Source of the DNA: Bryobacteraceae bacterium
GTDB taxonomy: Bacteria > Acidobacteriota > Terriglobia > Bryobacterales > Bryobacteraceae
NCBI GenBank assembly: GCA_035516375.1
Contig: DATJAK010000022.1
Coordinates: forward strand, 42,116 to 106,115
Reading direction: 5' to 3'
Length of the DNA: 64,000 nucleotides
Positions within the stretch are counted from its first letter, which is position 1. Every line of letters begins with the position of its first letter. Both the position numbers and the translations under genes were made by a program. Positions 47,148 to 56,075 of this stretch are shown piece by piece. The notes beneath the pieces were generated by a model. That model was not told where the DNA came from and ran no database searches. It saw only the letters and a program-made list of their open reading frames with translations.

Positions 47148-47376
47148 GTACCTTGTCCCCTTTTACTTCGGCCGATCGGAACCGATGGGCCGCCAAATCA
47201 AATCGACATACTCTTTATAGAACTTGGATGGGTCCAAGTCGACCTGCATGTGGGCCATGCCGACATCACTAGGGTTGCGCACGTGGATAGCCGATTCCCC
47301 TAAGCAGACGGAAGCTCCTCTTAACCGGAAATATCGGAACGGGTGAGATAGGTGAGGTCGCCGGTGTTTTTGGCTG

Positions 47377-48552
47377 TTACCGCGGCATCATCAGGCGGCC
47401 GATGAAGAGGACGACCTCGGTGCGCGTGTCGCGGATCAGAAAGATGAACGGGTGATCGGCGCGGAAGACAACGGCCTGTTCGGGCATGTGCATGGCAAGG
47501 GTGCGCATGGTGATGCCGGTGGCGGCTGCGGCTTCGGTACCCTGCTCGGAAACATCAACGAAGGCCTTGTGCACGACCTCGGATATCGCGACGCCGCGTT
47601 TCGGCTCGATGCCTGAGAAGTCGGCTTTGTCGACGAAGGCTGTAGGCATGCCCATAGTCGAGAGCGCCTTGCGGAGGGAGAACTCGGATTCCGCGCGAAA
47701 CTTGGGCAGGCTCACCTGCACGTTGCGAGTGGTGAGGCTGACCAGCCAGCCGTTCAGGTTTTCGAGTGTAAGCGATTTCTCGAGGCCGGTAAGGCCGCTG
47801 AGGGTCTTGGGGAGTAGGACGTCAAAAGCGATTCCTGTGCCGGCGTAGCGCATTTCGAGGATTTGGGCGGACGGCGTTTCGGTGTAGCCAAAGTTCGAGG
47901 TCTGGTTCATGAAGTTGGCCTGCGTGGTGGCGCCGGTCGGTAGAGTGAAGGGCGCGGGCTGGGTGCGCGAGGTGACGAACGGGTTCTGCCACTTGCCGTA
48001 GAAGTAGATGGCGCTGGTGAGGACGAGGCGGGTCTGGGCGTCGAGTGAGCCCGCCTGCAACAGGTTCTTGATCTTGTCGTTGGTGTGCACCTCAGTCCAG
48101 CGGTTGATCTCGGATCGCGCGGCTTCGGGATTCGCGATGAAATCGAGCGGCGTAAGAGGAGCGTGGTAGTTGTTTGCGAGTGTGTTCTCGAAGGCCGGTT
48201 GGATGTCTAATCCCTGTTGCACCCAGAGTCCGTTGGCGATGTGTAGTTCGTTGCCTCCGGTATTGCCGGCCTTGGTGACATCGGCGAGCAGCGCTCCAAG
48301 ACCGGCATCGTAGGTGGAGTCGTACTTAAGGTGCAGGACGGATTGGATTTCTTCGGAGGTCTGGCCGCGGGCGCCGGCGAGGGCCATGGAGAGCGCGGTG
48401 GCGATGTTGAAAGGCGAGAGGATCAGGTTCGCGTCACCTTGCGCAAGTTGTTTGTAGGCGGCGGTGGTGAAGGCGTTCATCGCGGGCATTATACGGGAGT
48501 CGGCTGCCGGCAGCGCGGCGGCGAGAAAGATCGGAAGAACAAGGCGTTTCAT
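47377..48552 (-). CDS. serpin (serine protease inhibitor), secreted
   Basis: 391 aa with a signal peptide. It has a full-length serpin scaffold, the hinge EQGTEAAAATG and the C-terminal FRADHPFIFLIRD signature. Confidence 0.9.
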   Translation of the reverse strand: MKRLVLPIFLAAALPAADSRIMPAMNAFTTAAYKQLAQGDANLILSPFNIATALSMALAGARGQTSEEIQSVLHLKYDSTYDAGLGALLADVTKAGNTGGNELHIANGLWVQQGLDIQPAFENTLANNYHAPLTPLDFIANPEAARSEINRWTEVHTNDKIKNLLQAGSLDAQTRLVLTSAIYFYGKWQNPFVTSRTQPAPFTLPTGATTQANFMNQTSNFGYTETPSAQILEMRYAGTGIAFDVLLPKTLSGLTGLEKSLTLENLNGWLVSLTTRNVQVSLPKFRAESEFSLRKALSTMGMPTAFVDKADFSGIEPKRGVAISEVVHKAFVDVSEQGTEAAAATGITMRTLAMHMPEQAVVFRADHPFIFLIRDTRTEVVLFIGRLMMPR

Positions 48553-48835
48553 GAGGCCTCACATCCATAATGTCGCGACTGTGGCGATCCTTTCAGAGAG
48601 GGCGGTGTCGGTTAACGGTTCAATCCGCCGCAAAGTCTGTCTATGCCTCTTCCCAGATGAGGAGGCCCAGGGGATACGACTCAACCGGAACGATATCTCG
48701 TGATATCGGTAGCGTTTCTGCCATGCCCGATTGGACCGTGAGGCTTCCTCGAATCGGACTGGTGGCCCGCACCACCTTGCCCAGCCGTCACGACCTGTTG
48801 AAACCAAATGTGTCGGTGGGTGGTAAATCCTGCCG

Positions 48836-49837
48836 ATGCCCTCGACTATTGCGATCGGCGCATGGAGTGTGCCGGCGCCGGCCCAACGGCTGGACCCGTT
48901 GCTGGCCCTCGAAATAAGGGTCGAACGCCTTCAGGCCCACATTGAAAGCATCGAGTCCGTCCGTGCCATTAAGCGCCTGCAGCATGCCTACCGACACTAT
49001 GTCGAACTCGGTTTGTGGAACGACTTCGCGGACCTGTTCGTTGAGGACGCCGTCACCAACTATCAGTCGGGCGTGCGTGGAAAGAATGCTATCCGTCAGC
49101 TCTTCTTCGAGCAGGTTGGCCAAGGGAAGCTTGGCCTCTCCGAAGGCCGCATCTATCCGCACATCTTGTTCCAGCCCGTGATAACCCTCGCGACAAACGG
49201 CCGAACTGCGAAGGGGCGATGGCGCATCCTGGCGATGTTGGGAGGCTTCGGAGGCTCGGCCACATGGTACAGCGGCGTCTACGAGAATGAGTACGTTTTG
49301 GAGGACGACGCCTGGAAGATCAGCCTGCTTCACTCAGAACCCAAGGTCACGGCGGCGTGTACTGCCGCTGGATGGAAGGACTCGAGAGCATACGTCCCGT
49401 TTCACTACGCTGCCGCGAGCGTCACCACGCCGATCCCAGATTCGGCGAGCCGGAGTGCCAAGTCGCCGAACGGCACCACTCCCTTACTCACCTCGCTTGT
49501 TGATCGCGTCAACCAACTCGCGCGGCGTGCCGCGCGGCTGAACGATCAGGCCGAAGTCACCAATCTCCAGGACAGCTACGGAAATGCTGTCGATCGCAAA
49601 CTCTGGGATGAGGCGGCGGATGTTTTCGCCGATGACGGAACTCTGGAGCTGGGGTTGCAAGGCGTCTACGTGGGTAACGGGAATCATCGAGCCCAGTGGA
49701 TACGAGACGTCGGCGGCCAGGATGATATAACCTTCTTCTGCCAGAATTTGCTGAGCGGGAGCCGGTTTTTTCACTCCTTACCTCGCACTCGTTATCAATT
49801 CGACCGCCCTGTATCCTGTCCTCACCACTGCGAATAG
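48836..49837 (+). CDS. tandem SnoaL/NTF2-like domain protein; second domain appears truncated or degenerate after ~49680
   Basis: The first domain is complete (VRAIKRLQHAYRHYVELGLWNDFADLF...WYSGVYENEYVLEDDAWKISLLH). The second starts the same way (VTNLQDSYGNAVDRKLWDEAADVFADDGTLELGLQGVYVG) and then loses all similarity at the point where GC content drops. Confidence 0.55.
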   Translation: MPSTIAIGAWSVPAPAQRLDPLLALEIRVERLQAHIESIESVRAIKRLQHAYRHYVELGLWNDFADLFVEDAVTNYQSGVRGKNAIRQLFFEQVGQGKLGLSEGRIYPHILFQPVITLATNGRTAKGRWRILAMLGGFGGSATWYSGVYENEYVLEDDAWKISLLHSEPKVTAACTAAGWKDSRAYVPFHYAAASVTTPIPDSASRSAKSPNGTTPLLTSLVDRVNQLARRAARLNDQAEVTNLQDSYGNAVDRKLWDEAADVFADDGTLELGLQGVYVGNGNHRAQWIRDVGGQDDITFFCQNLLSGSRFFHSLPRTRYQFDRPVSCPHHCE

Positions 49838-50290
49838 GCTCATCTTCGCGGATCTCGAATTGTAATTGGGGGGTATGGCAGCCGCCGCGTGAGCCGCGGA
49901 TTCCTGACTCAGTTGCTGCACCTGCCGATTGGGCATCGCGGTCGGGGGCCTCCAGTTCGTCCGACCGACGCTCGGCGCGAAGGGACCGATCCTGGGTGGC
50001 AATTAACTGGCCCTGCAGGAAACTCACCTGGTTGGATTTCTGAATAACGGCCAACATTGTCGCGAACAACTTCCGTGTTTCCTCGTTCGCTTTTGGTGAT
50101 ACTTATCTGATTGGCAGTGGCTTGGTGAGCGCCTTCCATTTCGGAAGCAATCGCTCGAACGGCGTCAACAGCCCGGATAACTTCTATAGTTGTCGGGATT
50201 TGGGATCCGATGCGGGCGACCTTTCTGTCTTATATACACGTTACATTTGAACGGCCTAACTTGTAGATTTTGACCGATCCAGCATTTGAT

Positions 50291-51184
50291 TCATTGAAGG
50301 TACTGTTTGAACCATTCGAGGACCGGTTTCATAGCTTCATTTGTCCTCTTCCCATACACGTCGAAGTGTACGCCGCCTTCTAGAGTGAAGAGCTTCTTCG
50401 GTTCCTTAGCCTTACGAAATAATATACTGGCGTCATCAGCTTCGAGCTCGTCCTTCTCAGCTTGAACGAAGAGAATTGGTGTTGGAGACACCTTGTCAAT
50501 AATCTCTTCCGGCTTGTAGCCCAGCCACCCATCAACGGTTGCTAGAGTTGTTCCGTTGCCTTTTTCCTTTTCCACCTGTTCAGCACTCTTCAAGGAAGAG
50601 CTCAGATCAGGAGGCATTATCAGTACCGAATCGGTTCCCTCTCCCAAAAACCCATGGAAGTCTTTGGACTTGCCAGTCAAAACCCTGTTTATCCTGTCCT
50701 CTTGAACTTTTTGCATTAAAGTTTCCCACTCCTGCTCGGTTCGAAATCTTCGCATTCTCCGCTCGCCATCACCGACCAAGACCATTGAGGCAACACACTT
50801 TACTCGTCGGTCTTGAGCTGCGATGTATGCCACTTCTCCTCCTCCCAAACTTACACCTAACAAGGCGATTTTGTCAGGGTTAACTTCTGGTCTTGATTGC
50901 AAGTAGGATATGGCGTTTCTAGCGTCATAGATCTGTAGGTATGGAATTACCTCGCCGCGGACGCCTTCGCTCTCTCCGAATCCTCTGAAATCCATAGTTA
51001 GGGATACAAAGCCACCTGCGTTCAACTCTTCAGCGAACCCAGGATGGAAAGCGTCCGCCGTGCTCATGAAACCTGGCACAAGCACGACAGCAGGAAAAGG
51101 TCTTCCTTCTCGGGAATTGTCAGGCGTAGAGAGTATTCCGGACAGTTTTAGGGCGTCGCTATAGTAGCTTATTCTCTTCTTCAT
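50291..51184 (-). CDS. alpha/beta hydrolase (dienelactone-hydrolase/peptidase S9-like fold)
   Basis: The start was moved to the ATG at 51182-51184 (MKKRISYYS). It has the nucleophile elbow GVSLGG. The GC content is clearly lower than in the flanks. Confidence 0.8.
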   Translation of the reverse strand: MKKRISYYSDALKLSGILSTPDNSREGRPFPAVVLVPGFMSTADAFHPGFAEELNAGGFVSLTMDFRGFGESEGVRGEVIPYLQIYDARNAISYLQSRPEVNPDKIALLGVSLGGGEVAYIAAQDRRVKCVASMVLVGDGERRMRRFRTEQEWETLMQKVQEDRINRVLTGKSKDFHGFLGEGTDSVLIMPPDLSSSLKSAEQVEKEKGNGTTLATVDGWLGYKPEEIIDKVSPTPILFVQAEKDELEADDASILFRKAKEPKKLFTLEGGVHFDVYGKRTNEAMKPVLEWFKQYLQ

Positions 51185-51208
51185 CGATCTATGATACGAG
51201 GATCTGCT

Positions 51209-51250
51209 GTGAAGAAGCAAGTGTGAAGAAGCAAGTGTGAAGAAGCAAGT
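51209..51250. repeat. perfect tandem repeat, 3 x 14 nt (GTGAAGAAGCAAGT)
   Basis: Copies lie at 51209-51222, 51223-51236 and 51237-51250, followed by a partial GA. The array starts 25 nt upstream of the hydrolase start codon (on the minus strand the unit reads ACTTGCTTCTTCAC). Confidence 0.95.
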
Positions 51251-51443
51251 GACTTCACCTCCAAGACGTTGGTGCTAAGAACAGTCTTTCGGTCATTCCG
51301 TCGCGGCCTCGCAGGGACGCGCGAGTCCATCTCTTCAGGTGAGCGCCCCGCACGCGGATGCGAGGCCCCGATGATGGTTCGGGGTGAAAGGAGCCCACTG
51401 CAACACCTCCAGCCGAGGACGGGAGGGCGTGTCTTTTCTACGG

Positions 51444-51902
51444 TCAATTTGGCTTTTCTGAAATGTCCTGGAGGAATCTTGTGATCACGAGTGCCAATAT
51501 GAACACCCAAAGCGCCAGCGGTAGATCCAACAGGAAGGACGCGACAGAATGAAGGCCATACCATGAGTGCGGCTCAATCACCCATGGCCAGAATGGCGCA
51601 CCGTCGAGTAGCAGAAAAGCCATTTCGCGGAGAGGGATCTCAGGCCAAGTACCGGAGGTTAGCCACCCAAGAATTTGAAACCCCAGGATAAGGACCGGCA
51701 GTGCGGACCCCCCAAGCTGGGAGAATATACCAGTCGACCCCGCGTTCACACCTGAAGGCCCCCGGGGCCCCGGTCTTGCAGAGTGCAGCGGAGGCCGGAT
51801 AATTGACGCTCGATCTCCGCTGCTCATTGGCTGCACTAGGTCGAATTCCGACAACCGGAGGGGAGTCATATGGTCCAGCCGCGGAGAGAGGAGGTGGCGC
51901 AT
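51444..51902 (-). CDS. hypothetical small membrane protein (start uncertain)
   Basis: The C-terminal ~95 aa contain three hydrophobic segments (ALPVLILGFQILGWL, AFLLLDGAPFWPWVI, LLDLPLALWVFILALVI). The N-terminal part is of doubtful coding quality. Confidence 0.35.
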   Translation of the reverse strand: MRHLLSPRLDHMTPLRLSEFDLVQPMSSGDRASIIRPPLHSARPGPRGPSGVNAGSTGIFSQLGGSALPVLILGFQILGWLTSGTWPEIPLREMAFLLLDGAPFWPWVIEPHSWYGLHSVASFLLDLPLALWVFILALVITRFLQDISEKPN

Positions 51903-51931
51903 GAGCTCGGCCCGACCGGCGTAACCGCTTC

Positions 51932-52354
51932 CTAATCGTCGTCCTGTGATAGTGCCTGAATCACGGTCTCCGGGATCGACTGCGCCTTCAGCCTTTCGGG
52001 GCCGGTGAAGTCAATTCGGCTCCAGACCCGGGTCTCCGAGCATTCAACTGCGAGATCCGCGCCCTTCAGTATCTTATGTTGGACATCGAAGCTGCTTCGG
52101 CCAAAGCGCGTGATCGTCGTCTCCACGGTCAGCTCATCGTCGAACCGGAACGGGATCAAAAACTTGCAGCGTGTATCCACCATCGGGATGACGATACCCT
52201 GCTTCCCCACCAGGTCTGCTCTAGGAAAGCCCGCAGCCGTAAAGAGAGCCGCCGCGCAGGCGTCGAACCACTTGAAATACTGCGGGTAGAAGACGATACC
52301 CGCTGGATCACAGTCTCCCCATTCGATTCGGATAGTGAGCCGGTTCTTTAGCAT
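51932..52354 (-). CDS. acyl-CoA thioesterase, 4HBT/YbgC-like hotdog fold
   Basis: RIEWGDCDPAGIVFYPQYFKWFDACAAALF contains the catalytic Asp. The start is either 52354 (MLKNRL) or 52435. Confidence 0.8.
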   Translation of the reverse strand: MLKNRLTIRIEWGDCDPAGIVFYPQYFKWFDACAAALFTAAGFPRADLVGKQGIVIPMVDTRCKFLIPFRFDDELTVETTITRFGRSSFDVQHKILKGADLAVECSETRVWSRIDFTGPERLKAQSIPETVIQALSQDDD

Positions 52355-52671
52355 TAGTCGCTGCCTTTCCTTTTCTATGTGGATTCGCCGCGGACCGAAC
52401 GAGGTCCCGGTCTGCGTATCCTTAGACGCATTCATGCATCATAATAGGCCTCTTGCCCACGGCGGTGTAGTACCATTGGTCGTTACAAACGGTGCCGCGA
52501 TCGATGCGGATATTGCACTTTCGCGAGTGACTTGGGAGGTCCTGGTGCCCACACGATGACTCCGGACGAGGTGATCACGGTTGCGGAAGCCGGCCGAAGG
52601 GCCTGGTGCAAAGAGGCTCTTTTCGCATACCCCGAGTATGAGCGCAGACGCCTTCAGTCACGAAAACCGAG

Positions 52672-52908
52672 ATGGAAGATCTCATCGACTTGACAACCGG
52701 ACTCCGCCGGATGAAATCTCCGTTGTTTCGGTCCCGGAAGCGTTCGAACGCATTTGCATCAGGCGAGGCAGCGACGGCCCTGCGGGCCGCTCGCTCTGGT
52801 CTTCGATACAATACGCCGGAAGATGTGGATCAGTTGCTTGGACGGGCGCCGATTCGCGTACCGGCCAATGGCTTAAAACGGAATGGACATCCGTATCGTA
52901 GGACTTGA
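52672..52908 (+). pseudogene. possible C-terminal remnant of a MobA-like/CofC-type nucleotidyltransferase
   Basis: A 78-aa ORF ends in ..GLRYNTPEDVDQLLG, which resembles the D-x-D/N-TPEDL tail of MobA-like NTP transferases (CofC belongs to this group). It lies directly upstream of cofE and overlaps it. No N-terminal half is present. The call is weak. Confidence 0.3.
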
Positions 52909-53617
52909 CGGCTTGCCGGAGGTTCACCCGGGCGACGACCTCGCGGGGCTGATTCTGGCCGCAGCGGTTCAAGCTCGGGAGACGATTGCTCACGAGACTA
53001 TCGTGGTCGTCGCGCAGAAGATCGTCTCGAAGGCAGAAGGCGCGATCGTTGATCTTGGTGAAATTCAGCCTTCTGAATTCGCCTCACGATGGGCCCGGCA
53101 GTGGGGCAAGGACGCGCGTTTCATCGAACTGATTCTTCGCCAGTCCCGCCGCATCGTTCGCATGGACCGTGGAGTCCTGATTGTTGAAACCCATCACGGT
53201 TTCGTGGCTGCAAACGCCGGAGCGGATCAGTCCAACGTGCCCGGTGAGCGCTTCGCGACGGTACTCCCCTCCGATCCCGACGCATCAGCCCACGCGCTGC
53301 AGAACCGGCTCAACTGTGGCGCCCTGCTTATTACCGATAGTTTTGGTCGGCCATGGCGCGAAGGGCTGGTGAATGTCGCCATTGGTGTCTCCGGTATGGA
53401 GCCGCTTGAGGACTGCCGCGGTACGCTCGATCGCGATCGGCGCGTTCTGCAGGCCACTGTCGCCGCGCGTGGCGACGAGCTCGCCGCGGCCGCTGGGCTG
53501 GTGATGAAGAAAGCCGCCGGCGTGCCTGTAGCACTAATCCACGGGTTTCAGTGGCCACCCGCGGAGGGGTCTTCCGCGCCCCTGATTCGCCGGCCGGAGT
53601 TGGATCTGTTCAGGTGA
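52883..53617 (+). CDS. cofE: coenzyme F420-0:L-glutamate ligase
   Basis: 244 aa. The motifs GLPEVHPGDDLAGLI, VVVAQKIVSKAEG, HGFVAANAGADQSN and ITDSFGRPWREG are typical of CofE. Confidence 0.85.
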   Translation: MDIRIVGLDGLPEVHPGDDLAGLILAAAVQARETIAHETIVVVAQKIVSKAEGAIVDLGEIQPSEFASRWARQWGKDARFIELILRQSRRIVRMDRGVLIVETHHGFVAANAGADQSNVPGERFATVLPSDPDASAHALQNRLNCGALLITDSFGRPWREGLVNVAIGVSGMEPLEDCRGTLDRDRRVLQATVAARGDELAAAAGLVMKKAAGVPVALIHGFQWPPAEGSSAPLIRRPELDLFR

Positions 53618-53803
53618 GCCGCTGTCATTGTCCTCCGACTGAGTTCGGGATTAGGGATTCGCAGGGATTCGCAGCTTGACAGGCGCGACCCGTGGAAGAT
53701 AACATAGTTCCTCGTCACCGGGACATTTCTGTTGCCTCCGCTCGCGCCCTCTGAGCGAATCCGCAACTGAATCAACTCTGCGATGCGGGACCAAGTGTGA
53801 ACC

Positions 53804-54811
53804 ATGCCAATCTATGACATCGAGTTGAATTCGGCCGCACACTATCCTGTCAGCGGGATTGTCGAGTTGTCGCCGTTAATCGAAGAAGCCGGTTTCGGCG
53901 CGTTCTGGAAAGGTGAATCCAATAGCACCGATCCACTGGTCTTGCTTTCTGCGATTGCAGCGCGGACCAAGAAACTCAAATTAGGCACTGCCATTTATCA
54001 CATCTATGGACGGAGTCCGGTTACCCTCGGCGTTCAGTCTGCTACTCTTCAGGATCTGTCCGCAGGTCGACTGCTGCTTGGCTTAGGAGTTGCCAACACG
54101 ACCATTGCTGCCTGGCATGGTGGGATCTTCGACCGGCCGCTCCGGCGCATTCGCGAGTATGTGGAAATTGTGCGCCAGACCAGCGCGGGCGAGCGTGTCG
54201 AATATCAAGGCGAAATCTATACGACCGGGAAACGCTTCCAGCTTTCCTGGAAACCCGATCACCCCCGATTTCCGATAATTATTGCCGGCTTGGGACCTCA
54301 GATGACGCACCTGGTGGGCAAGATCGGCGACGGGGTGATGATCAACATGGCAATACCCGACACCGTGCGCCAGATTGCCGAGCGCGTTCGCGCTGGTGCT
54401 GCCGAAGCCGGTCGTCCCCCGAGTGACATCCAGATTATTACGAAGGTGCGGGTTTCGCTAAATCCCGATCGTGCGAAAGCGCGGGCAAAGCTGCGGCAAG
54501 TGCTCACCTTTTACAACATCGCCGACCATTACCGCGACATGCTCAAGGCGTCCGGTTTTGAGCCGGAGGTGAATGCAGTCCAGGAGGCCTTCCGTCAAGG
54601 AGGTTTCAAGGCTGCGCAGGAACTGATCACCGACGCTTACATGGATCGACTGCCAGTTGTGCCTGGTACCTCGGCTGGGGAAATTAAGGAGCGCCTGCAG
54701 CCCTTTTTGAACGCGGGCGTGGATCGTTTGATTATCCCGTACGTACCCTCGACGGAAGATGTCCTCGGAGACGCTAAGCGTTTTATCGAGGCTTGGAAGA
54801 AAGCTAATTAA
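53804..54811 (+). CDS. LLM-class (luciferase-like) flavin/F420-dependent oxidoreductase
   Basis: 335 aa with the luciferase-like TIM-barrel pattern (GFGAFWKGES...LGTAIYHIYGRSPVTLG...LGLGV). Its position next to cofE suggests F420 dependence; this is inference. Confidence 0.8.
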   Translation: MPIYDIELNSAAHYPVSGIVELSPLIEEAGFGAFWKGESNSTDPLVLLSAIAARTKKLKLGTAIYHIYGRSPVTLGVQSATLQDLSAGRLLLGLGVANTTIAAWHGGIFDRPLRRIREYVEIVRQTSAGERVEYQGEIYTTGKRFQLSWKPDHPRFPIIIAGLGPQMTHLVGKIGDGVMINMAIPDTVRQIAERVRAGAAEAGRPPSDIQIITKVRVSLNPDRAKARAKLRQVLTFYNIADHYRDMLKASGFEPEVNAVQEAFRQGGFKAAQELITDAYMDRLPVVPGTSAGEIKERLQPFLNAGVDRLIIPYVPSTEDVLGDAKRFIEAWKKAN

Positions 54812-54865
54812 GAGAAAGAGTTCCGCCAAACTGATGTGGCTGGACTGATGACGCCGCGGTAAGAA

Positions 54866-56050
54866 GTGATCATGCCAGAACCGGAATTACAAGCTGAAAC
54901 TACTGCACAAGACCAGCAAGCGATTCGGCAGAGCGTTCGTGAGCTGTGCAGAGATTTTCCCGATGCCTACTGGCGCAAGGTCGACAAGAATGAGGAGTAC
55001 CCGGAAGAGTTCGTAAAGGCGGTCACTAAGTCCGGGTACCTGGCTGCTCTCATTCCGGAAGAATATGGCGGTGCTGGGATGGGTATCACCGAGGCCAGCA
55101 TCATCCTGGAGGAAATCAATCGCTCCGGAGGCAATCCAGGAGCGTGTCACGCGCAGATGTACACCATGGGCACTCTTCTGCGCCACGGCAGTGAGGACCA
55201 GAAGCGCCGGTACCTGCCGCAGATTGCGCGCGGTGAGCTCCGTTTGCAGGCTTTTGCGGTGACCGAGCCGAACTCAGGTTCGGAGGCGACGCGGATTCAG
55301 ACGCGCGCGCTACGCAAAGGAGACCGGTACATCGTAAACGGGCAGAAGATCTTCATCTCGCGAGTGAAGCAATCCGACTTAATGCTGCTGCTCGCCCGCA
55401 CGACTCCTTACGACGATGTAAAGGATAAGACCCAGGGCATTTCAGTCTTCATTGTCGATATGAGAAACGTTCGGGGGAAGCTGGACGTGCAGCCGCTCGA
55501 TATGATGGTGAACCATCACACGAATTCAGTTTTCTTCGAGGATGTGGAAGTTCCGGCCGAGAATCTGATCGGCGAAGAGGGCCGCGGGTTCAGCTACATC
55601 ATCGACGGCTGGAATGCCGAGCGCATTCTGGTTGCCTCCGAAGCGATAGGGGACGGGCGCTGGTTCGTCAACCGAGCAGTAACTTATGCCCGCGATCGCG
55701 TTCTGTTTGGAAAGCCGATCGGGGCGAATCAAGGAATTCAGTTTCCCATCGCGCAGGCGTATGCTCGGATCGAAGCCGCCGACCTGATGCGTTTTCAAGC
55801 CGCCGCCAAATTCGACCGCCGCGAAAAATGCGGAGCCGAGGCGAACATGGCAAAGCTGCTGGCATCCGAGGCCGCATGGGAAGCGGCGAATATCTGTCTG
55901 ACTACCCACGGCGGGTACGGTTTTGCGCGCGAATACGATGTGGAGCGAAAGTTCCGAGAGACGCGATTGCTTACGATCGCGCCGGTCAGTAATAATCTGA
56001 TCTTGGCATTTCTCGGAAACAAAGTCCTGGGATTGCCGAAGTCGTACTGA
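54866..56050 (+). CDS. acyl-CoA dehydrogenase
   Basis: 394 aa. It has the three-domain ACAD pattern (EEYGGAGMG, AFAVTEPNSGSE, GQKIFISR, the catalytic region GGYGFAREYDVERKFRE). Confidence 0.9.
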   Translation: MIMPEPELQAETTAQDQQAIRQSVRELCRDFPDAYWRKVDKNEEYPEEFVKAVTKSGYLAALIPEEYGGAGMGITEASIILEEINRSGGNPGACHAQMYTMGTLLRHGSEDQKRRYLPQIARGELRLQAFAVTEPNSGSEATRIQTRALRKGDRYIVNGQKIFISRVKQSDLMLLLARTTPYDDVKDKTQGISVFIVDMRNVRGKLDVQPLDMMVNHHTNSVFFEDVEVPAENLIGEEGRGFSYIIDGWNAERILVASEAIGDGRWFVNRAVTYARDRVLFGKPIGANQGIQFPIAQAYARIEAADLMRFQAAAKFDRREKCGAEANMAKLLASEAAWEAANICLTTHGGYGFAREYDVERKFRETRLLTIAPVSNNLILAFLGNKVLGLPKSY

Positions 56051-56075
56051 CTTGGAACTCTGGAATCGGTGAACA

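Noticed and set aside
47148-47376. A short minus-strand ORF (..VRNPSDVGMAHMQVDLDPSKFYKEYVDLIWRPIGSDRPK) just upstream of the sugar transporter.
   Set aside because: It is below 45 aa from any start codon and has no RBS at a sensible distance. I do not recognise a family. It could be a leader peptide or a gene remnant, but the support is insufficient.
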